From positions 5,280,001-5,344,000 of the forward strand of contig OZ245838.1 in the NCBI GenBank assembly GCA_965228735.1: DNA of 64,000 bases. Reading direction: 5' to 3'. Below are positions 38,087-47,707 of this stretch, one piece after another. The position numbers and the translations under genes were made by a program. Within the stretch, counting starts at the first letter, position 1. Every line of letters starts with the position of its first letter. Source of the stretch: Planctomycetota bacterium (GTDB taxonomy: Bacteria > Planctomycetota > UBA1135 > UBA2386). The notes under the pieces are model-generated. The model ran no database searches. It saw only the letters and a list, made by a program, of their open reading frames with translations, and was not told where the DNA came from.

Positions 38087-38174
38087 CGCGGCAGCATCTC
38101 GATTCGACAAGGGCGATATCGAGTAGCGCGGCAGCATCACGATTCGGTAAGGGCGATATCGGTTAACGCGGCAG
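38064..38174. repeat. Three tandem ~40-bp direct repeats overlapping a stop codon
   Basis: TCGACAAGGGCGATATCGA(T/G)TAGCGCGGCAGCATC(T/A)CGAT at 38064 and 38104; degenerate copy at 38144. Confidence 0.95.
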
Positions 38175-38228
38175 GAACAAACGGCGGAATCCGCGAGGAG
38201 TCCGCGCCCGCGCGGCACTGCTCCCGGT

Positions 38229-39653
38229 ATGCGCGCCTTCCTGCACGTCGTGTCGTTCGCCCTGGCAGCGGCCTTGTCGATTCGGTCGGAGCTGCCGGCC
38301 CAGTTCGGCTTCCGCGCCGGCGATCTGTTCCTCTACACCCCGTCGACGGTCACGAACGGCTACATGCTCCTCCGCATCGATCCGCTGTCACCGACGCCGA
38401 CGCCGCTCATTCACTTCGACACGACGTGGATCGCGCAGGCGCGCGATGGGGCGTGCTACGACCCGGCGCGCGATCGCATCCTCGTGAGCGCCGGCCTGAC
38501 GAGCTCGACACCGGAGCTGTGGGCCGTCGACTTCCTCGGCAACGCGACCAGCCTCGGACACTCGGGCTACTGGCTCAACCAGATGACGGCGCGCGGTGAC
38601 GGCATCGTCTACTGCACGCAGGTGCCCGGCACGCTCACCGAGATCCTCGTGCTCGACTCGATCGGCGGGCTGCAGCCGCTGATGGACTCGGCGGGCGCCG
38701 CGCCGTTCGTTGCGCCGATCTTCGATCGGATGATCTACCACCCAGGTGAGAACGCGCTCTACCTCGCCGAGAACGCGTGGTTCACCGGCGCCTGTTCGCC
38801 GGGCACGTGGACCGGCGACATGATCAACCTGCACCGCGTCCCGCTGACAGCGAACGGCATGCGCGTCGCCGGCCCCGTGACGTGCGCGTCGCTCGACATC
38901 TCGACGTCGGCGCAGGCCGCGACTGGCTGGAGTCTGCTGCCGGGCGGTGACCTGCTGCTCGTCGTCGACACCAACAGCAACAGCCTCGAGCCGCGCATGC
39001 AGCGGATCGATCCGACGACGCTCGCAGCGAGCACGTTCGCGAGCAACGGCCCCTACATCGGCGCGGCCAGCAAGCCGGCCGGCATCTGGTCGAACACGCT
39101 CGGCAGGGCCGTGCTCGTCGATACGTACTCGCACGTCCTGCGCGCCTTCGGCCCCGGCGAGGCGGGAGCGGGCACGGTCCTGCCGCCCGTCGGCGTCACG
39201 TTCCCGGCGTTCAACCACAGCGTCCTGCGGCTGTTCGAGATCGGTCCGGTCGCCACGACCGCGAGCCTCACGGGTTCGCCGCGCGACGTCTCGCTCGCGA
39301 CGGGCGGGCTGCACACGCTCGAGTTCGACAGCGGCACGCAGGGCGGCGCGATGTACTGGATCCTCGGCTCGATCAGCGGTTGGAACCCGGGGCTCGACGT
39401 GCTCGGCACGACGGTCTGGGTGCGGCCGGACTTCTACACCAACTACACGATCAGTTCGCCCAACGCGGGGATCCTCAGCGGGACGCTCGGCGGCGTGACG
39501 GCGGGCGTGCCGTCGATCGCCACGGTCAGCGTGCCGCCCGCGTTGCCGCCTGCGCTCGCCGGCATCGTCGTGCATCACTGCGCCGCGGTGTTCGACACGG
39601 GGCTCAATCCGCTCTACGCGACCAACCCGGTGAGCCTGCGACTCGTGCCCTGA
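38229..39653 (+). CDS. Secreted hypothetical protein (likely beta-propeller plus C-terminal domain)
   Basis: Signal peptide ending LPAQ; beta-rich sequence; host-like codon usage. Confidence 0.7.
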   Translation: MRAFLHVVSFALAAALSIRSELPAQFGFRAGDLFLYTPSTVTNGYMLLRIDPLSPTPTPLIHFDTTWIAQARDGACYDPARDRILVSAGLTSSTPELWAVDFLGNATSLGHSGYWLNQMTARGDGIVYCTQVPGTLTEILVLDSIGGLQPLMDSAGAAPFVAPIFDRMIYHPGENALYLAENAWFTGACSPGTWTGDMINLHRVPLTANGMRVAGPVTCASLDISTSAQAATGWSLLPGGDLLLVVDTNSNSLEPRMQRIDPTTLAASTFASNGPYIGAASKPAGIWSNTLGRAVLVDTYSHVLRAFGPGEAGAGTVLPPVGVTFPAFNHSVLRLFEIGPVATTASLTGSPRDVSLATGGLHTLEFDSGTQGGAMYWILGSISGWNPGLDVLGTTVWVRPDFYTNYTISSPNAGILSGTLGGVTAGVPSIATVSVPPALPPALAGIVVHHCAAVFDTGLNPLYATNPVSLRLVP

Positions 39654-39701
39654 TTCGGCGCGACGCGGGCGAACGCGGGCCGGCGGGCTTACGGTCTCGG
39701 C

Positions 39702-42545
39702 ATGGCAGCTCGTTCGCCCCGCGGCCGGTCGTTCGTCGCGTTCTTGGTCTTCGTCGGCGGTCTCGCGATCGGCTTCGCGGCGGGACTGCCCGCGCAGATC
39801 CGCGTGGCGTGCCTCGGCGACTCGATCACGTTCGGCGCGCAGGTCGCCGATCGCGAGCACAACGCGTATCCAGCGCAGCTCGGCGTTCTGCTCGGCGATG
39901 CGTTCGAGGTGCGCAACTTCGGTGTGGGCGGCGCTACGTTGCTGCGCCGGGCCGACCGTCCGTTCATGGCGACCGAACGGTTCGCGAACGCGCTCGCGTG
40001 GCGGCCGCACGTCGCGGTCGTGATCCTCGGGACCAACGACTCGTGCCAGAACGAGCGCCGTGATTGCTGGCAGCACCACGGCGATCTCGCGGCCGATGCA
40101 CGGGCCCTGATCGCAGCACTGCAGGGCGCGCGGGCCGACGTGCGCGTCGTGCTGTGTTCGCCGCCGCCGATGTTCTCGGCCAAGAACGGTCTCGCGCCCG
40201 AACGCGCGGCGGACCTGCAAGCCCGCGCGCCGCGACTCCGGCAGGTGGCGACGATCGCACGCGCCGTCGCTGCGGCCATGCCGAACGTCGAGTACCTCGA
40301 GCTCGGTCGCACGCTGCGATCGCGAGATGTCACGGATGGGGTGCACACGACGCCGTTCGGTGCCGAGCGCATCGCGCGGCGGGTCGCCGAAGCCATCGCC
40401 GGCGAACGCGGTGACCGGCTCGGGCTCGACGTCGTGTTGCAGCAGCGCGGCATCGAGCCGAGTCCAACGGCGTTCCACGAGTTCTCGGGCTGGACGTTCG
40501 CGTTGCCGAAGGCGGGTGCTGCGTGCCGCGTGTTCGAACCGTTCGGCCCGGCAGCCGGCGCGCCGTGGATCCTGCGGGCGCGCTTCTTCGGTCATCAGCC
40601 CGCGCTCGATCTCGCGTTGCTCGAACGCGGCTTCCACCTGGCCTACTGCGACGTCGCGGACCTCTACGGCTCGCCTGCGGCGATCGAACGGTGGGACGAG
40701 CTCTACGACCTGCTGCACGGCGCCGGTCTCGCGGATCGCGTCGTGCTCGAGGGTATGAGCCGCGGTGGGCTGCCGATCGTCAACTGGGCGGCGGCGCATC
40801 CAGAGCGGGTGGCCGCGATCTACGGCGACAATCCCGTCGCGGACTTCCGATCGTGGCCGGGTGGCCAGAACGGCAAGCGGTCGGACGCGGATTGGCAGCG
40901 TTGCCTCGCCGCCTACGGCCTCGACGAGGCGAGCGCGAAGGCGTTCGATCGCATGCCCGTCGATCGGCTCGCGCCGATCGCTGCCGCCGGAGTGCCGCTG
41001 CTGCTCGTGCTCGGTGAGGACGACACGGTCGTGCCGCCGGCCGAGAACGGCGATGTGCTCGCATCGCGCTATCGCGAACTCGGTGGGCCCGTGCAGGTCT
41101 GGCGCAAGCCGGGTCAGGGCCATCATCCGCACGGCCTGGATCCCGTCGACCCGCTGCTGCGTGCGGTGCTGCGCGCTGCGGGTACCGCGCACGCGATGCC
41201 GACGACGCTCGCGGCCGGCTCGGCGGAGTATCGGCGCGGCGCCGGTTGGGGTGATTCGAGCTGGTGGGGTCAGGTCGCGCGGATGCGTGCGCTCGCTGCG
41301 AGCAACCCGGAGATCCCGATCGCGTTCTTCGGGGATTCGATCACGCAAGGTCTGACTGGGGCGCGCGACCGGTTGGCGAAGGCCGGCGGTGACCGCGCGA
41401 TCGACGTCGCGTTCGGCGCGCACGGGGCGATCAGCCTCGGGCTCAGCGGTGATCGTACCGAGCACCTGCTGCATCGCATCCGCGTCGGCGCGCTGCAGGA
41501 GATCGACCCACGCGTGATCGTGCTGCAGATCGGCGTGAACAACATCCACAGCGGTGGGCATACGGCGGTCGAGACTGCGGCCGGGATCCGAGCCGTCGTT
41601 CGTTCGTTGTGCGCCCGCGAGCCGCAGGCCCAGGTCATCGTGTGCGGGCCGCTGCCGTCGGGGCGATCCGGCAGCCCGCAGCGCGCGACCAACGACGGCG
41701 TCCATACGCGGATCGCCGATCTCGACGACGGCCACCGCGTGTTCTATCGCGACCTGCGGCCGTTGTTCCTCGATCGTGACGGCCGCACGAACGATCGGAT
41801 GCGCGGCGATCGCGTGCACATCACGCGCGCGGGTCAGGACGCGTGGATGCAGGCGATCGCGCCGTTCGTCGCGGAGCTGCTCGCGGGGGCGGGGCCATTC
41901 GCGGTCGGTGTCGGGATCGCCGCGCCGAACGGCGCCGTGCAGCTCGTCAACGCCGATCGTTCGATCCTCGTGCCGGAGAAGCCGGGTGCGCCGTCGAAGT
42001 GGACGTTCACTGGCGGCGTGCTCACCGCATCGCCCGTCTGGGACAGCGTGGTCACGCCCGAGCCCTACGGCAACTTCCGGATGCACGTCGAGTTCAACGT
42101 CAACGCGGCCGAGGGCGACAACCCGGAGGCGCGCGGCAACTCGGGCGTCTACATCCAGCAGCGCTACGAGATCCAGATCCTCGATTCGTTCGGGGTGCGG
42201 GCCGAGGACTACGAGGCGAGCTTCGGCGGCAGTCTCTATCGCCTGAAGCAGCCGGATCGACTCGCGAGCCGACCGCCCGGCGAATGGCAGAGCTACGACA
42301 TCGTGTTTCGCGCCGCGCGCTTCGACGACGACGGCAACAAGACGGCCAACGCGCGCATCACCGCGTTCTGGAACGGCGCGCTGATCCACGACGACTGCGA
42401 GATCCCGCGCAAGACGGGTGCCGGCAAGCCGGAGGGGCCCGAGCCGCTGCCGATCAAGCTGCAGGGGCACCACAACGAGGTGCGCTTCCGCAACGTCTGG
42501 GTGCAAGCGCTCGATCTGACCGAACCGTCAGCGCGCATGCGGTGA
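39702..42545 (+). CDS. Multidomain SGNH - alpha/beta hydrolase - SGNH - DUF1080 protein
   Basis: CLGDSIT/LGTND/DGVH; GMSRGG; FFGDSIT/IGVNN/DRVH; RGNSGVY, GEWQSYDI, LQGHHNEVRFRNVW. Confidence 0.87.
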   Translation: MAARSPRGRSFVAFLVFVGGLAIGFAAGLPAQIRVACLGDSITFGAQVADREHNAYPAQLGVLLGDAFEVRNFGVGGATLLRRADRPFMATERFANALAWRPHVAVVILGTNDSCQNERRDCWQHHGDLAADARALIAALQGARADVRVVLCSPPPMFSAKNGLAPERAADLQARAPRLRQVATIARAVAAAMPNVEYLELGRTLRSRDVTDGVHTTPFGAERIARRVAEAIAGERGDRLGLDVVLQQRGIEPSPTAFHEFSGWTFALPKAGAACRVFEPFGPAAGAPWILRARFFGHQPALDLALLERGFHLAYCDVADLYGSPAAIERWDELYDLLHGAGLADRVVLEGMSRGGLPIVNWAAAHPERVAAIYGDNPVADFRSWPGGQNGKRSDADWQRCLAAYGLDEASAKAFDRMPVDRLAPIAAAGVPLLLVLGEDDTVVPPAENGDVLASRYRELGGPVQVWRKPGQGHHPHGLDPVDPLLRAVLRAAGTAHAMPTTLAAGSAEYRRGAGWGDSSWWGQVARMRALAASNPEIPIAFFGDSITQGLTGARDRLAKAGGDRAIDVAFGAHGAISLGLSGDRTEHLLHRIRVGALQEIDPRVIVLQIGVNNIHSGGHTAVETAAGIRAVVRSLCAREPQAQVIVCGPLPSGRSGSPQRATNDGVHTRIADLDDGHRVFYRDLRPLFLDRDGRTNDRMRGDRVHITRAGQDAWMQAIAPFVAELLAGAGPFAVGVGIAAPNGAVQLVNADRSILVPEKPGAPSKWTFTGGVLTASPVWDSVVTPEPYGNFRMHVEFNVNAAEGDNPEARGNSGVYIQQRYEIQILDSFGVRAEDYEASFGGSLYRLKQPDRLASRPPGEWQSYDIVFRAARFDDDGNKTANARITAFWNGALIHDDCEIPRKTGAGKPEGPEPLPIKLQGHHNEVRFRNVWVQALDLTEPSARMR

Positions 42546-42637
42546 CGAAGGGGGGAGCGGGCGAAGTTCGTGAGCGGCGAGAAAACTGGCCGGCCCGGCC
42601 GGCGGCCTGCGCCTCATCGATTAGACCAAGGAGTTCG

Positions 42638-43462
42638 ATGATGTCCGAAGCCACTGTTTCTCCCGATTACGACGCGATCAAGACCAGGCAGCGCACCGCC
42701 TGGGGCGCCGGTGACTACTGCAAGATCGGCTCGACCGTGCAGTTCACTGGCGAGCAGCTGGCCGAGGCGCTGGCGCTGCGCCCCGGCTCGCGGGCGCTCG
42801 ACGTCGCGGCGGGCAACGGCAACATCACGCTCGCGCTCGCGCGGCGCTCCGTGCAGGTGACCTCGACGGATTTCGTCGAAGCGCTGCTCGAACGGTCCAG
42901 GGCGCGCGCCGTCGCGGAGGGCTTCGACATCGACTATCGCGTCGCGGACGCCGAGCAGTTGCCGTTCGAGGACGGCGAGTTCGACGCCGTCGTTTCGACG
43001 TTCGGCGTCATGTTCACCCCGAACCAGGAACGCTCGGCGAGGGAGCTGATGCGGGTCTGTCGCAGCGGCGGCCGGATCGGCCTGCTGAACTGGACCCCCA
43101 CGAGCTTCATCGGCCGCCTGTTCGAGGTGCTCGGTCGGCACGTGCCGCCGCCGCCCGGCGTGCGGTCGCCGGCCCGCTGGGGCGACGAAGCCTGGCTGCA
43201 GGAGAACTTCGGTGCCGGCGCTGCCGGGATCGAGATCGATTCCAAGGACTTCATGTTCGTCAGCACGTCGCCCGAGGACTTCCTCGCGACCTGGCGTCAG
43301 TACTACGGTCCGATCACGAAGGCGTTCGTCACTGTTGGTGACGATGGTGCGGCCGCGCTCGAGGCCGACATCCTCGCGTTGCTCCGGGAGCTCAACGTCG
43401 CGACGGACGGCACGATGCGCGTGCCGGGCGAGTATCTCGAAGTGCGCATCAGGAAGGCCTGA
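42638..43462 (+). CDS. Class I SAM-dependent methyltransferase
   Basis: AAGGAG RBS; ALDVAAGNGN, ADAEQLPFEDGEFDAVVSTFGVMF. Confidence 0.92.
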   Translation: MMSEATVSPDYDAIKTRQRTAWGAGDYCKIGSTVQFTGEQLAEALALRPGSRALDVAAGNGNITLALARRSVQVTSTDFVEALLERSRARAVAEGFDIDYRVADAEQLPFEDGEFDAVVSTFGVMFTPNQERSARELMRVCRSGGRIGLLNWTPTSFIGRLFEVLGRHVPPPPGVRSPARWGDEAWLQENFGAGAAGIEIDSKDFMFVSTSPEDFLATWRQYYGPITKAFVTVGDDGAAALEADILALLRELNVATDGTMRVPGEYLEVRIRKA

Positions 43463-43589
43463 TACCGGCCGACGATCGAACACCTACGACAACCGCCCGG
43501 CCGGCGCAGTGTCATGCACTGGCCGGGCCGGGCGGTTGCACACCGCGGCCGGGCTCCGAAGAACACGGCCGGATGACTCCTGGCGCTGA

Positions 43590-44903
43590 CTAGTTGTCGA
43601 CGCCGAAGACCGACGACACGCGGTTCGACATCGTCAGGCCGAGCGCGTTCGCGGCGCCGTCGAGCACGGCGATCTGCTGCTCGATCGGGAGACCGATGAA
43701 CGCCGGGTCGGCCGGCGAGCTGATCAGCCAGAAGTCGTTGCCGTTGGCGTCGGCCATGGCGAACGACTGGTCGATCGGATCGACTTCGACGAGGCAGCCC
43801 GGCGCGCCGAACGGACCGAGGTCGTAGGGCGTGCCGAGCGTCCCGAGGCCGAGGACGCGCAGCAGCGGACCGTTCGCCGGGATGCCGGCGCCGTCCACGT
43901 AGAACTCCGAGCCGAGGCACGGCGTCTCGGTGATGACCGCCGGGCCGGCGACGTTGGCGCGGGCGCCGAGCGTCGGGCCGCAGCCGCCCGTCTGGATCGT
44001 GACCGAAGCGTCGCCCAGCGGCGTCGCGGCGGCGAGCGAGATGCGGAGCTGGTAGGCGCCGGTGTCCCAACCGCTGACGGCGACGTAGTAGGTGCCCGGC
44101 GTCGTGATGTTGTACTCGAGACGCGACAGGTAGTTCGGGAACCCGATGTCGTCGTTGAACGCGATGCGGGCGAGAGTCGAGTCGGCGAGGTGGAGGACGG
44201 TGTCGGTCATCGCCGGCGCCGGCAGGCCCGTGAAGTCCGTCGTCATGACCAGGAGGCCCGGAGCCGGGACCGTGATCTCGTAGAAGTCGTAGTCACCGAC
44301 GCCGGTGTAGGTCGAACCGCCGACGGCCGCGCTGATGTCGCCGACGTTGTCGGTGTCGAGCGGCGTGACGCCGGCCATGCCGAGCGGCTCGCGCGGGTCG
44401 TTCTCCTCGGGCGCCTCGTTCGGGCCTGGCGTCGCGGGCGGAATGGCCGGCACGTAGGTGCCCGGCGCAGCCGCGACGACGTCGAGCGTGTAGGCGCCCG
44501 TGCCCGACGGATCGAACGTCTGGCTCGAACGCACGCGGACGAAGTAGGTGCCGGCCGGCAGGTCACCGGCGACGACCTCGGACAGCCAGTGGTTGGGGTG
44601 ATCGTCGTTGAACGCGATCTCCGTCACGCCGTCCGTGTCGAGGAGCGCGACGTCACTGTCGGCGAGCGGCGTCGCGCCGAAGCCGACGTTGACCCAGACG
44701 CGCAGGTCCGAGTTGCCGGTGAGCGTCACGGCGTAGAAATCGAAGTCACCGCCGACGCCGATCGCGCCGTCGCCCTGCGTGTTCGGGGCGAGGGCGGTGG
44801 CGGTGGTGAAGTCGTCGTTCGGTTCGACCTCGGGCGTGCCCTGGGCGATGAGGCTGCCGGCGAGCAACGTGGAAGAGGCGAAGAGAAGAGCGTTGAGGTT
44901 CAT
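43590..44903 (-). CDS. Secreted protein with two PPC (pre-peptidase C-terminal)-like domains
   Basis: EVEPNDDFTTA, DFDFYAV, AFNDD twice, GTYFVRV/GTYYVAV. Confidence 0.8.
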   Translation of the reverse strand: MNLNALLFASSTLLAGSLIAQGTPEVEPNDDFTTATALAPNTQGDGAIGVGGDFDFYAVTLTGNSDLRVWVNVGFGATPLADSDVALLDTDGVTEIAFNDDHPNHWLSEVVAGDLPAGTYFVRVRSSQTFDPSGTGAYTLDVVAAAPGTYVPAIPPATPGPNEAPEENDPREPLGMAGVTPLDTDNVGDISAAVGGSTYTGVGDYDFYEITVPAPGLLVMTTDFTGLPAPAMTDTVLHLADSTLARIAFNDDIGFPNYLSRLEYNITTPGTYYVAVSGWDTGAYQLRISLAAATPLGDASVTIQTGGCGPTLGARANVAGPAVITETPCLGSEFYVDGAGIPANGPLLRVLGLGTLGTPYDLGPFGAPGCLVEVDPIDQSFAMADANGNDFWLISSPADPAFIGLPIEQQIAVLDGAANALGLTMSNRVSSVFGVDN

Positions 44904-45267
44904 GGGTTCTAGGCGGGGCTTTTCGGGATACGAGGACATCATATTCAGAGGTCCGGACGCAGCCTGCAATAATCGGGCAACAGTCTGGTACGGAATGGGT
45001 TAACAATGCGCCGAACCGCAGGCTGGGCGCGCTGGAACGCTGGTGCGCGGGGGCGCTGGAGCGCAGTTTGCGGATGAACGTACGTCACGCCGTAGCACTG
45101 TTCGTGTCGTCGATGCAGGTCTGCGCCGGCAGCGGGAGTGCCAGGGTGGCCGGCAGCGCGGAGCGAAAGCGTCAGCACGGGGCGAGGTCCTGCGGTCGGG
45201 TTCTCCCATCGTTTCGCGGGCGAGCGTCGATCTCGCGCGGCCCCTTCGTTTCCGGTCGAATCCGGCG

Positions 45268-45552
45268 ATGACCGATCGACGCATCCGCTTCGCCGTCCGC
45301 GGCCGGGTCCAGGGCGTCGGCTTTCGTTGGGCCACGTGCAAGGCCGCGAATGCCGTCGGCGTCATCGGTTGGGTGCAGAACGAGCGGGACGGGAGCGTTA
45401 CGGGCGAAGCGCAGGGTGGCGATGAGGTGATGCAGCAGTTCCGCGCGTTCTTGCGCGCGGGCCCGCCGGGCAGTCGCGTCGACGCGGTCGAGGAGACGGA
45501 CATCCCGGCGATCCCTGGCGCGACGGGCTTCGTGATCGAGCGCGGGCGGTGA
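45268..45552 (+). CDS. acyP: Acylphosphatase
   Basis: VRGRVQGVGFR, GWVQNERDGSV, GPPGSRV. Confidence 0.93.
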   Translation: MTDRRIRFAVRGRVQGVGFRWATCKAANAVGVIGWVQNERDGSVTGEAQGGDEVMQQFRAFLRAGPPGSRVDAVEETDIPAIPGATGFVIERGR

Positions 45553-45663
45553 CGAACCGCCAGGAGATTGCTCTTCGCACCGCGCGTTTCGTCGGGTGGC
45601 GATCCACGAGGGGAGAAGGCACGATGCGCGGGCAGGGCGCGGGCCCTGGGCGCGCCGCATGTG

Positions 45664-47202
45664 ATGCAACTCCGTCCCTACCAACGAGCGGCCCTCGAGG
45701 CCGTGCGCGACGCGTATCGTCAGGGCCACCGTTCGGCACTCGTCGTGATGCCGACGGGGACTGGCAAGACGGTGCTCTTCGCGGAGATCTCGCGACTGGC
45801 GAAGGGGCCGGTGCTCGTGCTCGCGCATCGGCAGGAACTCGTCGAGCAGGCGCGGGAGAAGATCGCGGCGTGGTGTGACGACGTCGTCGCGGTCGAGATG
45901 GCGGGGCAGCGTGGGCTGACGGAGTCCGATGGCAAGCGGCCCAAGATCGCGGTCGCGAGCATCCAGACGCTGAGTCGGCGGCTGCGGCACGTGCCGCGCG
46001 ATGCGTTCCGTATCGTCGTCGTCGACGAAGCGCACCACGCGACGGCGGATTCGTACCGCGCCGTGCTCGACCACTTCGACGCGCACCTGCTCGGCGTCAC
46101 CGCGACGCCGGATCGCAGCGATCGCGTCCCGCTCGGCGAGGTCTTCTCGACGCTCGCGTTCGAATACGACATGCGGCGAGCGATCGCGGACGGCTGGCTC
46201 TGCCCGATCCGTTCGTTCCTCGTGCAGACCCAGGCCGACTTCTCCGGCATCCGCAAGGTCGCGGGTGAGCTGTCGACGCGCGACGTCGAGGACGTGCTGA
46301 CACGCGAGCTGCACCTCGCCGAGATCGCGGCGCCGATCCTGCGCGAGCGGGGGGATCGACCAACGATCGTGTTCGCCGCGTCGGTCGCCCACGCGCACTC
46401 GCTGTGTCGCGTGCTCAATGAGCAGGCCGGCAAGCCGGGCTTCGCCGCCGCGCTCGACGGCAGCGCGAGCTTCGAAGAACGCGCGCCCGTGCTCGATCGC
46501 TTCCGGCGCGGCGAGGTCGAGATCCTCGTGAACTGCTCGCTGTTCACCGAGGGGTTCGACGTGCCCGAGATCGCGCTCGTCGCGATCGCGCGGCCCGTGC
46601 TGTCGCGGTCGTTCTACGCGCAGATGGTCGGTCGCGGCACGCGCATCGCGCCGGGCAAGGCGGACGTGATCGTGCTCGACTTCGTGCCGGGCAACTGCCG
46701 CCATTCGCTCGCGCAGGCCGTCGACATCTTTGCGAGCGCCAACCCCGAGGTGCAGGAGCGTGCGCGCCGCATCGCGCAGGAAGCGAGCGCCGCAGGTCAG
46801 GCGATCGCGCTGGAGCTCGCGCTCGAACTCGCGCAGCAGGAGCAGGAAGCCCAGGAGGCGACCGTCGCCTACCAGCTCAAGAAGCGGGACCCGTTCGCCG
46901 CGGTCGGCATCGACCTCGACTTCTACGTGCGGCGGTCGCGCGGCGACACGAAGGCCACCGCCGAACAGCTGCGCTACTTCCAGAAGGCGGGGCTCGCGAC
47001 GGATCGCCTCGACGATCTGTCGGCGCTGCAGGCCGAAGAGCTGCGCGAGCAGCTGCGCGACCGCAAGGCCGTCGGCCTCTGCACGCCGAAGCAGGCCAGG
47101 CAACTCGTCGCGCTCGGCATCGACCCGCGCGACATGTTCTACGACGCTGCCCAGGAGCTCATCCGCGAGGCGAAGGCGCAGCGCAAGGCGGCGGGCGGGT
47201 AG
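45664..47202 (+). CDS. SF2 DExH helicase (ResIII/Irc3-like)
   Basis: LRPYQ, MPTGTGKT, DEAHH, TATPDR, TEGFDVP, QMVGRGTR. Confidence 0.92.
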   Translation: MQLRPYQRAALEAVRDAYRQGHRSALVVMPTGTGKTVLFAEISRLAKGPVLVLAHRQELVEQAREKIAAWCDDVVAVEMAGQRGLTESDGKRPKIAVASIQTLSRRLRHVPRDAFRIVVVDEAHHATADSYRAVLDHFDAHLLGVTATPDRSDRVPLGEVFSTLAFEYDMRRAIADGWLCPIRSFLVQTQADFSGIRKVAGELSTRDVEDVLTRELHLAEIAAPILRERGDRPTIVFAASVAHAHSLCRVLNEQAGKPGFAAALDGSASFEERAPVLDRFRRGEVEILVNCSLFTEGFDVPEIALVAIARPVLSRSFYAQMVGRGTRIAPGKADVIVLDFVPGNCRHSLAQAVDIFASANPEVQERARRIAQEASAAGQAIALELALELAQQEQEAQEATVAYQLKKRDPFAAVGIDLDFYVRRSRGDTKATAEQLRYFQKAGLATDRLDDLSALQAEELREQLRDRKAVGLCTPKQARQLVALGIDPRDMFYDAAQELIREAKAQRKAAGG

Positions 47203-47230
47203 TCAGCGTGTGGTCGCGAGTCTTCGCAGC

Positions 47231-47260
47231 GGCTGGGTTGTCCCTGGCTGGGTTGTCCCT
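47231..47260. repeat. Exact 15-bp tandem duplication
   Basis: GGCTGGGTTGTCCCT twice. Confidence 0.9.
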
Positions 47261-47335
47261 GTGGGGCTAGCTGCGTCGCGGCGAGCGAGGTACCGTTGGC
47301 GGCGCGGCCACGAGCCACCACCGAACATGCAGTTC

Positions 47336-47707
47336 ATGCGACCTCTCCTGATCCTGACCTCGCTGAGCCTCCTCGCGACCTCGTGTCGCGGTCCCGACGC
47401 CAGGGCCGCGGCTGCGCCCCAGGCTCCGATCTCCTCCGGCTCGGCCGCCGAGAACGCGCCGACGACCGGGGCGATCAGGGGCGCGCAGCGCGCAGTCGCA
47501 CTGCTCGAGAAGCTCGTGGAGATCGATCGCCAGGCCGTCGTTCTCGGCGAACAGCATGTGCAGCGCATGGCCGACCTGTTCGACGCGGGCCGGCAGTCCG
47601 AGTCCGAGGTGCTGCAGGCAAAGCTCGAACTGATGCGACTGCGGCAGACGCTCGTGCAGCGCGAGTATCAGCTGGAGGACGCCAAGCGCGTCGCGAGCGG
47701 CGGCTGA
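47336..47707 (+). CDS. Hypothetical lipoprotein with helical C-terminus
   Basis: MRPLLILTSLSLLATS-C lipobox; AGRQSESEVLQAKLEL resembles a TolC-like helical hairpin. Confidence 0.6.
   Translation: MRPLLILTSLSLLATSCRGPDARAAAAPQAPISSGSAAENAPTTGAIRGAQRAVALLEKLVEIDRQAVVLGEQHVQRMADLFDAGRQSESEVLQAKLELMRLRQTLVQREYQLEDAKRVASGG

Noticed and set aside
38064..38174. CRISPR array
   Set aside because: Whole 40-bp unit repeats with no spacers
38388..42506. Long antisense ORFs (1372 aa here; also 28241-31387, 20344-23214, 26228-28276)
   Set aside because: Shadow frames of real high-GC genes; Arg-rich with no motifs
44904..45267. ncRNA, riboswitch or sigma-54 promoter in the long intergenic region
   Set aside because: No recognisable RNA motif; GG-GC spacing at ~45033 is 9 rather than 10
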